In this document: one piece after another, positions 47,530 through 58,100 of the stretch
Layout of the letters: the number at the start of each line of letters is the position of its first letter
Position numbering within the stretch: position 1 is the stretch's first letter
DNA from: an uncultured Gammaproteobacteria bacterium
GTDB lineage: Bacteria; Patescibacteriota; Patescibacteriia; Magasanikbacterales; GWA2-37-8
Length of the DNA stretch: 64,000 nucleotides
Assembly: GCA_964355175.1 (NCBI GenBank)
Contig: CAYHBZ010000002.1
Coordinates: 28,426 to 92,425 of the forward strand
Reading direction: 5' to 3'
Notes under the pieces: generated by a model
Database searches by the model: none
The model's input: the letters and a program-made list of their open reading frames with translations, nothing else
Told to the model about the DNA's origin: nothing
Position numbers and translations under genes: made by a program

Positions 47530-47605
47530 GGGCCTGTAGCTCATTTGGTAGAGCGCAGCATTCGCATTGCTGAGGTAAGGGGTTCGATTCCCCTCAGGTC
47601 CACCA
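47530..47605 (+). tRNA. tRNA-Ala (anticodon CGC), CCA encoded
   Basis: GGGCCTG acceptor with G3:U70 identity pair. Anticodon loop TTCGCAT. T-loop GTTCGATTC. CCA present. Confidence 0.85.
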
Positions 47606-47677
47606 ATCAGGATTGGAGAGTCCCGTAGGGTAATGGTAGTTTAAAGGTTTTCTACAAAGACCAATTTGTTTGTAGTG

Positions 47678-47709
47678 AAAATAGGGTCATTAACCCTATT
47701 TTTTGTTTT
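47678..47709 (+). terminator. rho-independent terminator downstream of tRNA-Ala
   Basis: ATAGGGT-catta-ACCCTAT hairpin followed by a T-run. Confidence 0.5.
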
Positions 47710-47745
47710 TGTGGATAAAAAAGGGGATAACTTTGAGTAAAAGTG

Positions 47746-47769
47746 GATTTGTATACACTAGTCTATACA
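47746..47769. repeat. 24-bp near-palindrome TTTGTATACACTAGTCTATACAAA (copy 3)
   Basis: Identical to the 9675-9698 copy. Lies in the long AT-rich region upstream of the O-antigen-ligase-like gene. Confidence 0.8.
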
Positions 47770-48250
47770 AATTTATAATATGTAGTTGATTTATTGATTA
47801 TTTTCAGTGTTTTACGTGAAACATTCGATATCTCTGTAATTATTGTTTGGAAACAGCTAAAAGAGTTATTGGAAATGCTGGGACTGTTATAATTGCTTAA
47901 ATCCATATAATATTCCCTTAAAAAAGTTTTACGTGAAACAATTATTTTTAATGTGTGGAAGAATTATTAACCTATATTAAAGGTGCTAAAATAAAAGATA
48001 ACTATTTGATTATAAAAGCATAAGTAAAGAGTTTAAAAATCATGCCCAGGTTCTAACTAATAAGATCGCTGGATTGTTATTGTGCTCAGTTAGAATTTTA
48101 TAATCATTTTTTCCATTTATTTTAAACAAAATATTTTCTAAATAAAAAGGTATATAAATTTATGTAACTTTTTATTTATTAACATACCAAAATAAGGTCC
48201 AGTATGGTATAATATTAGTATTGAAAATATTTTTAAGAGTATTATTTTTT

Positions 48251-50569
48251 ATGTTAATCCAACCGCGTGCTGCCAAGGTCATCGACCTGCTGTCCTATAT
48301 TTTTTTAGCCTTAAATGTTTTGGTTGTGCCGCTTTTTTTGGATAGAAATTTAAGTAATTTTTATATCATACCAAAACAGTATGTGTTTGGTGGTTTGGTG
48401 CTCATAAATGTTATTTTATTGATATTAAAATTTGTCTTGACTAAAAAATTTAATTTTCATAAAACTGTTTTGGATAAGCCGTTGTTAATTATTTTGGCTA
48501 TTGGTCTATTGTCAGCGGTGTTTTCAATCAATACCTATGATAGTTTTTTTGGTCGATCCGATTTTTTCTCTTTAAGCTATATTTCTTTATTTTTTGGTAT
48601 AGTTTTTTATTATTTGATTATAAATTTTGTTAGAACTGAGAAATTATGGCGTGGTTTGGTAGATGTATTTTTGGCAGCGGGGTTTTTATCCATGATATTT
48701 TTTATTCTCAAGTCAGTTTTAAAATTAAATTTTTTAAATACTTGGTTTGGGTCCGTATTTAATACTGTAGATGTTTTAAATAGTCTGTTTGGCTTATTTG
48801 TGATAATGGTTTTTATTTTATCGTTTGGTCAGTTGATTAAAAAAGAATTACCTATTAATAGATCAATAATTTATGCTGTGATTGGGCTAATGGCTTTGGC
48901 GGTGTTAGTAATTTTAAATTTCAAAATTCTCTGGTGGATTCTGTTGGCTTCCTTGGTTTTACTCTTGATGCTGGGAGTAAGCTTTTTGCGAGAAACCCGT
49001 CTTTCCTGGCTATCAGTTTTGTTTAGTTGTTTAGTTTTGACGATTATAGTCATAATTTTTGGTGTGCCAAAAATTATGCAAGTTAATATTCCGGCCGAAG
49101 TAGCCTTGGGATTTAAATCCTCTTGGTCGGTGACCTATGATACTTTATTATCTGGCATAAAACCATTTTTACTCGGAACCGGATCGGGTTCTTTTGGAGT
49201 GGATTTTTCCAAATTTCGTGATGTAATATTTAATTCCGATAGCGTTGCTTGGTCCTTGCGTTTTTCTCAGCCGTATAACACTGTGTTGGGATTGGTGGCA
49301 GAAAATGGTTTGTTGTTACCAATCGTTTTTATCTTTTTAATATTATTATTTTTTGGACATGCTTTGACCGCATGGAATAAAGTTAGAGCCGCTTCGAATC
49401 GAAATATTAGGTTTAAAACCAGTGATGTATTGTTTGAAAATTTTTTAGTAGTAATAGCTTTAATAGTTTTGAGTGGTAGTGCTTTATTTATTTTTTATAA
49501 TCAGGTGATTTGGGTATTATTGTTTTTATTGTTAGCTTTGGGTATGTCTGGCTTTTCATTTTACCATCGTAATTTTGTCACGGCCTATGATTGGGAGCTT
49601 GAAGATACACCGCAGTATAGTTTGTCTTTTTCTTTCGGTCTGATTGTGGCAATCACTGCCTTGATAATGATAAGTATTTGGGGAGTTCGTCTATATTGGG
49701 GTGAGATCGCTTATGCCAAAGGTTTGCGTGCAAGTGATCCTTTTGTGGCGGAACAATATCTTAAAGAGGCGGTTGATAAGCGATCAAATTCCGATGTGTA
49801 TCATGCGGCTTTAGCTCAAATATATCTTAATGAAGCGGTAGAAGAGACAAAAAATTCCAAACCAGATGTACAAAAGGTGAGCGCTTTGATGGCTCAAGCC
49901 GTAAATGAAGCCAAAATAGCAACTGATTTATCACCTCAGTCCGTAAGTCTGTGGGAAAATTTAGCCACTATGTATGAAAATGTTGCCGCTTTAGTACCAG
50001 AAGCGCGAGATTGGGCTATAAAAACTTTGCAGCAAGTAATTATTTTGGAGCCTACTAATCCGGTTCACTATTGGCGTTTGGGCAATAGTTATGTAGCTCA
50101 ATCCAAATGGGAAGATGCTTTGAAAAGTTATCAAAAGGCGGTTGATCTAAAAGTTGATTATTATAGCGCGTATGTGGGTTTGGCTAATGCTTACGAACAG
50201 ACACAAAAAAATAGCCAGGCAATAGAACTCTACGAAAAATTAATTAATAATAAACAAGCAAATCCTGAGATTTTATATAACTATGGTCGTTTACTATATA
50301 ATCGTAACGGGCAAGGCGATAGGGATCAAGCTCAAAAAATTTGGTTGGCGGTAATTGAGGCACAGCCAAATTATTCCAACGCTCTTTATAGTTTAGGTTT
50401 ATGGTATGAATTGCGCGGTGATAAGACTTTAGCTTTACAGTATTACTATCGAGTGCGTGATCTTAATCCTGGTAATCAAGATATTTCTAAAAAAATTCAA
50501 AGTTTGATTGGCGCGACTGTCATTGATCCAGACCAAGCCGAAAGCGGAAAAATAAATAAGAAAAAATAA
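48251..50569 (+). CDS. O-antigen ligase (Wzy_C)-like polytopic membrane protein with C-terminal TPR repeats
   Basis: About 12 TM helices, a large extracytoplasmic loop, and a ~300-aa TPR C-terminus. The ATG at 48251 is preferred over the TTG at 48221. Confidence 0.65.
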   Translation: MLIQPRAAKVIDLLSYIFLALNVLVVPLFLDRNLSNFYIIPKQYVFGGLVLINVILLILKFVLTKKFNFHKTVLDKPLLIILAIGLLSAVFSINTYDSFFGRSDFFSLSYISLFFGIVFYYLIINFVRTEKLWRGLVDVFLAAGFLSMIFFILKSVLKLNFLNTWFGSVFNTVDVLNSLFGLFVIMVFILSFGQLIKKELPINRSIIYAVIGLMALAVLVILNFKILWWILLASLVLLLMLGVSFLRETRLSWLSVLFSCLVLTIIVIIFGVPKIMQVNIPAEVALGFKSSWSVTYDTLLSGIKPFLLGTGSGSFGVDFSKFRDVIFNSDSVAWSLRFSQPYNTVLGLVAENGLLLPIVFIFLILLFFGHALTAWNKVRAASNRNIRFKTSDVLFENFLVVIALIVLSGSALFIFYNQVIWVLLFLLLALGMSGFSFYHRNFVTAYDWELEDTPQYSLSFSFGLIVAITALIMISIWGVRLYWGEIAYAKGLRASDPFVAEQYLKEAVDKRSNSDVYHAALAQIYLNEAVEETKNSKPDVQKVSALMAQAVNEAKIATDLSPQSVSLWENLATMYENVAALVPEARDWAIKTLQQVIILEPTNPVHYWRLGNSYVAQSKWEDALKSYQKAVDLKVDYYSAYVGLANAYEQTQKNSQAIELYEKLINNKQANPEILYNYGRLLYNRNGQGDRDQAQKIWLAVIEAQPNYSNALYSLGLWYELRGDKTLALQYYYRVRDLNPGNQDISKKIQSLIGATVIDPDQAESGKINKKK

Positions 50570-50573
50570 AATT

Positions 50574-51203
50574 ATGCGTTTTTTTAAAACGTTAGTGGTA
50601 GTTTCATTAATTATTTTTTTGCCTAATATTGTGGAAGCGGCAATGTCTTCTACTAATTATTATATTTATGCCGATTCTTTGGATTATGGGGGTGGGTTGG
50701 CTAGTAGCACTAGTTTTAATTTGCAAGATAGTATCGGTGGTGAAGTGGCCATCGGAAGTAGTACTAGTACTAGCTATCAAGTGAAGGCTGGGTATGAAGG
50801 AATGGATAGCGGAACGCTTACTTTGAGTCTAGATTCTTCGAGTATTGATTTTGGACAACTGGCCGTTGGAGCAGTGGCTAGCCAGAATTTGGTGGCTGTT
50901 ATTGCGGCCAATTCAGATACTGGTTATACTTTTTCAATTTCCGGAGTAAGTGGTAGTTCGCTAACGGCTGTGACGGATGGAGCGGTAGATGGAGTTGGAA
51001 GCGTGGAAGAATACGGTTTGGCCGTGAGCGGATCTCATGCTGCTTATGTAACTGACGCGGCCGTAGTAAATGGGTTGGTGCTGTCATCTTTCTCTGCTCC
51101 TGCCAACGATCAAACCACCCTGACTTTTAAAGCGATTCGTTCGTCCAATACTACGGTCCAAACTTACTCACAAGATATAGTTGTAACCTTGGCAGCCAAT
51201 TAA
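50574..51203 (+). CDS. hypothetical secreted Ser/Gly/Thr-rich beta protein
   Basis: Signal peptide. Low-complexity beta-strand-like sequence. 5 bp after the upstream stop. Confidence 0.4.
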   Translation: MRFFKTLVVVSLIIFLPNIVEAAMSSTNYYIYADSLDYGGGLASSTSFNLQDSIGGEVAIGSSTSTSYQVKAGYEGMDSGTLTLSLDSSSIDFGQLAVGAVASQNLVAVIAANSDTGYTFSISGVSGSSLTAVTDGAVDGVGSVEEYGLAVSGSHAAYVTDAAVVNGLVLSSFSAPANDQTTLTFKAIRSSNTTVQTYSQDIVVTLAAN

Positions 51204-51204
51204 T

Positions 51205-52056
51205 ATGATAAAAAAATCTTTGGTAATTTTGTTTTTTTTGTGGGGTATATTTGGTTACTCATTTTTTGCTCAGGCTTTTTCCGTTAGTCCTTTAAAATAT
51301 ACCGCTACTCTGGCGCCCGGTGATAATAAGAGTTGGGAAGTGAGAATAAAAAATGATTCTACGCGGAGCGGTATTTTTGTACCGGTTATATTGGGATTAA
51401 GACAAGATCAGTTAGGTAGAACAGTTTTTGATAATAATATTGATATAGCCGAAAATTGGTTTGAACCAACGGTAAATAGTGTGGTTTTATCGGGCGGAGA
51501 AACCGCATTGGTAATTTTTAGTGCCAGTGTTCCGCTTAATACTCCTCCGGGCGCTCATTATTTAGGTTTGGGGGTCAGACAAAAAGATGGAAAGTCTGTG
51601 TCCGCTCAGTTGGTAACTATTTTAAATCTACAAGTAGCCGGCACGGCTCAAGAAAATTTATCAATAGAAAATTTTTCTCCTGTAAAGAAAATTTTTTTTG
51701 ATAAAAAATGGTTTTCTGAGTTTTTGGTTAGAAATAGAGGTAATATTGGTTTAGATTTAAAAAGCAATGAAGATTTATTTTATTTTGGACAATATCGCGG
51801 TAAAAAAGTTTTTAGTATGGGCAATGCTTTGTTGGCCCAATCCGATCGTACTGCCAATTTAAATTTATCAATAGAAAATAATTTTATTTTACCTGGATTT
51901 TATCGTGCCGATATTCAAATTGTCTATGGACTTACTCATCAGACAGTAAATGCCAGTGTTAATTTTTGGTATTTACCGGTATGGTTTATAGTTGGTTTAT
52001 TTATTTTGTTATTATTATTTTTTGTTATTAAGAAAAAGAAAAATGTCGTGGCGTAA
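51205..52056 (+). CDS. hypothetical cell-surface protein (signal peptide, Ig/chaperone-like domain, C-terminal TM anchor plus KKKK)
   Basis: The architecture resembles DUF916/DUF3324-type surface-complex proteins (family assignment from memory, not verified). Translationally coupled to neighbours. Confidence 0.4.
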   Translation: MIKKSLVILFFLWGIFGYSFFAQAFSVSPLKYTATLAPGDNKSWEVRIKNDSTRSGIFVPVILGLRQDQLGRTVFDNNIDIAENWFEPTVNSVVLSGGETALVIFSASVPLNTPPGAHYLGLGVRQKDGKSVSAQLVTILNLQVAGTAQENLSIENFSPVKKIFFDKKWFSEFLVRNRGNIGLDLKSNEDLFYFGQYRGKKVFSMGNALLAQSDRTANLNLSIENNFILPGFYRADIQIVYGLTHQTVNASVNFWYLPVWFIVGLFILLLLFFVIKKKKNVVA

Positions 52057-55000
52057 TAAACAACTAATTTTTTTATCAATCAGTTTATTTTTAGTAGGCT
52101 TATTTTTTGGTGGCGGTAAAGCTTTCGCTGAAGATCAAGGAGTGAATGTGAGGGTAGTGGTACCGGCAAGCAGCGGTTGTGTTGGTAATTGTAATCCGCC
52201 TCCAACTGACAACGCTCCTAGTATCAGTAGTGCTAGTAGTACGGCTACAAATAATTCAGCTATTGTAAGTTGGTCGGCCAGCGACGATCATTCTATATCT
52301 AGCGCCAGTTTTGTATATGGTTTGAATACTTCATATGGTCAAACCGGCACGGTAAATGGAACCTATGGTGTTAATTTGAGTGGTCTTTCTAGTAGTACAG
52401 TTTATTTTTATAAAATTACGGTTGTTGATAGTGCCGCTCAGAGTACTAACTATACCGGCAGTTTTCAAACTTTGGCTGGTGCGGCAGGAGATAATGTGGC
52501 ACCAAATATTTCCAGTATTTCAATTAATTCTGCTCAAAATACAGCCGTAATAAATTTTAATACCAATGAAAATACTACCGTACAAATAAATTATGGCCTA
52601 ACAACCGGATTTGGAAGCGGTGCTTCAGATGGTGGTAGTGCTAAGATCGCCCACGCCGTAACTTTGCTGGGTTTATCACCCAGCACTACTTATTTTTTTA
52701 AAATTATTGCCACCGACAGCTTTTTAAATAGTACCAGCTCAATTATTTTAAATTTTAAAACTTCAAAAGATAGTGTACCGCCACCCGATGTTTCTGGTTT
52801 GAGTATTGCTACCGGTACCAGTTATTTGGCGCTCAGTTGGACAAATCCTTCCTTATCTTTTACTCCTGATTTTATTGGTGTAAAAGTTTTGCGTAAAATC
52901 AATTCACAGGCTGTCACGCCCAACGATAGTGGGGCCACGACTGTATATAATGGGGGATCAATAAGTTATAGTGATACTGCTGTATCGGCCAATACTACTT
53001 ATTATTATACGATTTTTTCGTATGATGAATCGGGTAATTATAGTCCCGGTGTTTTTGTTTCAGGCAAATTGGCTCAAGTCATACCGGAAATTTGTACCAA
53101 TGGTATTGATGATAACAGTGATGGTAAAATAGATTGTTCTGATCAGGGATGTGCCAATTATCAGAGTTGTAAGGTTGTCAAAGCAGAAATTTGTAACAAT
53201 AATATTGATGATGATGAAAATACTAAAATAGATTGTGCCGATACTGCTTGTATAAACGATCAGAATTGTGAAGTAAAAGTTCCGACTTCTACCAGTAAAA
53301 TTGGGGCCGCAGCAGCCTGTGGTGATGGTATTGATAATGATAGTGATGGAGTGATCGATTTTCCATCCGATGCCGGCTGTAGTAGTGTCAGTGATTCCGA
53401 TGAATATAGTCCCCCTAAAGATACATTGCCTGGTATCCAGCAGCTAGTTTTAAATAAAGTCAGATTTTTTGCCGGCAGCCATCAAATTGAGCTTTTGCCG
53501 GATGGTAATATAATATCTGGTCTAGCGGGAAGTAATTTAAGTTTACATATTCGCAAGAGCGCTTTGGTAGGAGTTCCGACAAGTTTTATTTTGCGAATTG
53601 GCGATAGTGAAAAACACCAGTTTGTTTTAAATGCTAGTGGTGATACTTATTTTGCTGATAGTTTATTTCCACTTAGCGGTAGTAAACAAGCCTTTGTAGA
53701 AATAAATTACGGTACTACTCAGTTTGATTCTTTGGGAATAAATTTACAGTCGGTAGCGCTAGGTCAAATTCAAGACGGCGATGGTAAAAAAGTTTCCGGG
53801 GCAGATATTGTTCTCTACAAAGAGAATAGCGAGGTATTTCCAGCTTCTATTTTTGGTCAGTCTAATCCAATCATATCCAATGATTCCGCTCAAGCCGGTT
53901 GGATGGTGCCAAACGGCCGGTTTTATCTGGTGGTCAGAAAGAATGGTTTTTATGAATATAAAAGTCCTGATTTTTCCATAAATAATAATATTATTAATCA
54001 GTCGGTTACTTTGGTTAAAATTCCCGAGAAATTAATTGATGTGATTGATCCCAATGCACCGTTGGGGAAAAATGTGGCTAATGTAGTCAATAATTTGACT
54101 GCTAAAACCAAAGCTTCAGCTGTCAGGGCAGTGCAAAAAATTGGTGATGCGGCCAAAGTGGTGCAAGAAGTGGCCGCTGATCCGGCTGTAAAAGAAGCGG
54201 CTACGAAAGTGGCTCCTTCGGCGGTAGGTGTAGCCGCCGTTAGTACCGCCACCATAATTTCCTGGGCAGATATCTTACCGCTGTTTAGATTTTTATTCTT
54301 ACAACCGGTTTTGCTTCTGGGACGAGGTAAAAGAGAAAAATGGGGCACAGTTTATAATTCTTTGAGTAAATTGCCGGTAGATTTGGCAATAATACGTTTA
54401 ATTAATCTTGAAACCGGGAAAATTTTTCAAACCAAAGTTACTAGTTCCGATGGCCGCTATTTTTTTGTGGTAAATACCGGTAAATATCGTTTGGAAGTTA
54501 AGAAGGGCAACTTTTTATTTCCTTCAAATTTGCTAAAGGATTTTCAAGTAGATGGTCAAAAATCAGATATTTATCATGGTGAAGAAATAGTAGTAAACGA
54601 AGCGGCGACCGTAATTACTGCCAATATTCCGCTAGATCCAGCTGGTCAAGAAATAAAAACTCCAAGAAAACTGATTTTAATCAAAGCTATGCGCCACATT
54701 CAAGCGGTAGTTTCGTGGCTGGGTTTAATAGTTACAGCCGTGGCTTTATATATATCTCCTACTTGGTATATGTGGGTATTGCTTGGTGTTCATTTGGGTA
54801 TGACTTTTGTCTTTAAACGTCTTTCAAAGGCACCCGCAGCCAAAGGTTGGGGTATTGTCTATGATGATGGCAATAAAAAACCTTTAGGCAACGTGGTGGC
54901 ACGCCTGTTTGATTCTAAATTCAACAAATTAGTGGCTACGGAAATCACCAGCGCTGATGGAAAATATTATTTTGTTGCTGGTGAAAATCAATATTATATT

Positions 55001-55105
55001 TCTTATGATCGAGACGGTTATCAGCCGCAAAAAACCGAGGTTATCGACCTGAAAGGTAAAGAAGTAGAGACGGTGGCAGAAGATATTGGTTTACAGAAAA
55101 AATAA
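52043..55105 (+). CDS. large surface protein with FN3 domains, three Cys-rich CxxGxDDDxDGxIDC (MopE-like metal-binding) repeats, three CarboxypepD_reg-like repeats and C-terminal TM helices
   Basis: Signal/TM at N-terminus. FN3-like ...VSWSASDDHSIS...YFYKI.... Repeats EICTNGIDDNSDGKIDCSDQGC, EICNNNIDDDENTKIDCADTAC and CGDGIDNDSDGVIDFPSDAGC. SADGKYYF-type beta-sandwich repeats. Confidence 0.6.
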   Translation: MSWRNKQLIFLSISLFLVGLFFGGGKAFAEDQGVNVRVVVPASSGCVGNCNPPPTDNAPSISSASSTATNNSAIVSWSASDDHSISSASFVYGLNTSYGQTGTVNGTYGVNLSGLSSSTVYFYKITVVDSAAQSTNYTGSFQTLAGAAGDNVAPNISSISINSAQNTAVINFNTNENTTVQINYGLTTGFGSGASDGGSAKIAHAVTLLGLSPSTTYFFKIIATDSFLNSTSSIILNFKTSKDSVPPPDVSGLSIATGTSYLALSWTNPSLSFTPDFIGVKVLRKINSQAVTPNDSGATTVYNGGSISYSDTAVSANTTYYYTIFSYDESGNYSPGVFVSGKLAQVIPEICTNGIDDNSDGKIDCSDQGCANYQSCKVVKAEICNNNIDDDENTKIDCADTACINDQNCEVKVPTSTSKIGAAAACGDGIDNDSDGVIDFPSDAGCSSVSDSDEYSPPKDTLPGIQQLVLNKVRFFAGSHQIELLPDGNIISGLAGSNLSLHIRKSALVGVPTSFILRIGDSEKHQFVLNASGDTYFADSLFPLSGSKQAFVEINYGTTQFDSLGINLQSVALGQIQDGDGKKVSGADIVLYKENSEVFPASIFGQSNPIISNDSAQAGWMVPNGRFYLVVRKNGFYEYKSPDFSINNNIINQSVTLVKIPEKLIDVIDPNAPLGKNVANVVNNLTAKTKASAVRAVQKIGDAAKVVQEVAADPAVKEAATKVAPSAVGVAAVSTATIISWADILPLFRFLFLQPVLLLGRGKREKWGTVYNSLSKLPVDLAIIRLINLETGKIFQTKVTSSDGRYFFVVNTGKYRLEVKKGNFLFPSNLLKDFQVDGQKSDIYHGEEIVVNEAATVITANIPLDPAGQEIKTPRKLILIKAMRHIQAVVSWLGLIVTAVALYISPTWYMWVLLGVHLGMTFVFKRLSKAPAAKGWGIVYDDGNKKPLGNVVARLFDSKFNKLVATEITSADGKYYFVAGENQYYISYDRDGYQPQKTEVIDLKGKEVETVAEDIGLQKK

Positions 55106-55175
55106 AGATAAAGTTATGCACATTTTTGATTCTAAAATTACAAAAAAAGTTGTATAATAGAGGAGATAATTTTTT

Positions 55176-58100
55176 ATGGATGAGAAGGTAGCGAAAATAA
55201 AACAGGGGGAAAGAAACCGTAATTTTTGGTATACGGCTGTCTTTTTGTTTTTGTTCTCTTTGTTGGCTTTTATTGGAAAAAATTTGGCCTTGGCCGCTGA
55301 TGCGCCGGCAGTAGTTACTTATCAGGGAAAATTATTAGTAAATGGTTCTACCGCTACTACCACCCAATCAATAAAATTTGTTTTATATGATGCTTTAACT
55401 TCTGGAACGGCTCTATATACCGCTTCCGGTACTATAGGCACCCCAACAGCAGTAAGCACTACGGTAAGCAATGGCTTCTTTACGATTAATTTAGGGGATA
55501 CTGGCACCAACTCTTTGGATCCCGCGGTATTTAAAAATAACTCATCGGTTTATTTGGAAGTAATTATTGGCTCAGAAACCTTGTCTCCACGTAAACGTTT
55601 GACGGCTGCTCCTTATGCCTTTAATGCCAAATACTTAGATGGTATTAGCGCTACCGCAACACCACAAACATTTGCTTATATTCCCGTAGCCGATGCTAGT
55701 GGTAATTTAAATTTTAAAAATGTTACCTCTACTGCTCTAGTGGTGACGGGAGAATCAAATTTGGCCACTACTACTCTGTCTACTCTAAATTCTACCGATG
55801 TTAATGGCACAAATTTAAATTTTATTAATGGTAGAATTTTGTTTTTAACCTCCTCAGGAACTGCCACCTTAACCGATTTAACAGTGCTCGGCAGTGGCGT
55901 ATTAGCTACTACGACTATTGCAAGTTCAACTATCGGGCATTTAAATGTTACAAATACCACTACTATTGGCGGTATGCTGCGTATAACTGGCAATTCTTAT
56001 TTTGGCACAGTCGCTTCCGGCACTTGGAATGGTACAGCTGTATCTAGCGTGTATGGAGGTACAGGCCAGAATTCATCTGGTTGGACTGGGTTTATAAAAT
56101 TAACGGCTGGGGTTTGGTCAACCAGTACAATTAGCACAAATGATTTGTCCAATTCTTCAACTTTGGCTTTTTTGGCCGGCAATCAAACTTTTACCGGTAA
56201 TAATACTTTTTCTGCTACCAGTACTTTTGCAACTGCCACTTTTAGTGGATATCTAGGTATAGGTACCACTACTCCGGAAGAAAGATTGCATATTTATAAT
56301 GGTAATTTGAGAATAGATGGTCCGGTTAATCCTACGGCGGTTGGGTCTTATAATACTAGCGGCAACGCATTGAACATAAAAGTTTCTGGAAAATACGCTT
56401 ATGTAGCGGATGGCGCTAGTGGACTAGAAATTTTTGATATGTCTTTTCCTCTTTCTCCCGCCTTAGTTAGTACTTATGATACTTTTGGTATCGCTTATGA
56501 TGTAGAGATAGTTGGTCGGTATGCTTATGTGGCAGATGATACTAGTGGTCTATTGATAATAGATATAGAAAATCCAGGTATTCCAAGGTTGGTGGGCAGT
56601 TATGACACTTCGGGGAATTCGGTCTCAGTGTATGTTTCGGGTAAATACGCTTATGTGGCAGATCAAACTGGTGGTATCAGAATAATTGATGTGTCCAATC
56701 CTTATAATCCAATTTTAGTTTCTACTATTAGCGCTACCTCAGCTGACGATATATATATCCGTGGTAAATACGCTTATGTGGCAGATTATGGCGGAGGATT
56801 TAAAGTAGTTGATATTAGTGATCCGGTAAACCCTTTTATAGTTACTTCCACTGGTTCGGGGTTAGCCAATAGTGTCCATGTAATTGGGCGTTATGCTTAT
56901 GTATCTTTCAATACTTCTACCAATAATATTATTGCTTATAATATTTCTAATCCTACTTCCACTGTTCAAACCGATACTTTTTCTACCACAAATGCGGCCC
57001 AAGGTGTTTTCTTCTCAGGTAATTATTTGTATGCGATTGACACCACCACTTTTTATATTTTTAATCCCGGCTCTTTTTCTATAGTGGGAAGCTATGCTCT
57101 AAATGAAACCAAGTCATTAACCATAGTAGGAAAATATGCTTATATTTCCAATGGTAGTTCAGGTATTAGTATTTTAGATATAAAGGGCGCCGATATAACA
57201 GCGGCTAATATTGGAAGTGTGTCGACCAATAATTTGACAGTTTGGGAAAATGTTGAAATAGGAAATAATATATCGGTACGCAGTGGTTTAAATGTTGGTT
57301 TAGGTGGAATTTTATCCAACGGTCCTTTATCCATAAATTTTTCTTCCTACACCACAACTTCTTTATTTAGTATTTCCGCTTCCTCTTCTCCGGTAGTAGA
57401 TATTTTGGGGGACGGAAAAGTAGGAATTGGTACCAGCACTCCACAGCAAAAGTTGCATTTGTATGATGGCACTTTATTGGTAGATACACCAGCTAATCCT
57501 ACTTTGGTTGGATCTTTGATCTTTGATAGTACGCCGGCGGCCAGATCAGTTTATGTGGCTGGGAAATATGCCTATGTACTTACAAATAATGGTTTGGTAA
57601 GTATAAATGTAGATAATAAGGCTAATCCGACTGCAATAAGTTATTTAAGTATTAGTGGAACAACTGGGGCATTTGATAGATCGTTGGTAGTGGCTGGGAA
57701 ATATGCCTATGTTGTTGCCAATAGTGCAAATACTTTAAATGTAGTAGATATTTCCAATCCAAAATTGATGTCGATTGTTGGTACAGTCACTAGTGATAGC
57801 GTCTTAACGAACCCGGCGTCGATGTATGTATCCGGACAATATGCTTATATTGCTAGCAATGGAACAAGTACAGTGGCAGTCGTGGATATAGCCAATCCTG
57901 CTAGCCCAAGAGTTGTTGGAAGTGTGAGAGATACTAACAAGCTATCTTCAGTCAAAGGAATTTATGTAAGAGGAAAATATGCTTATGCCGTTAGTAGTGA
58001 CAATAATTATTTGGTAGTTATTGATGTTTCTACTCCGACAGCGCCTACAATTGTAGGGTCAATTGCTGATTCAACAAATATGAATGGAGCTTATTCAGTA

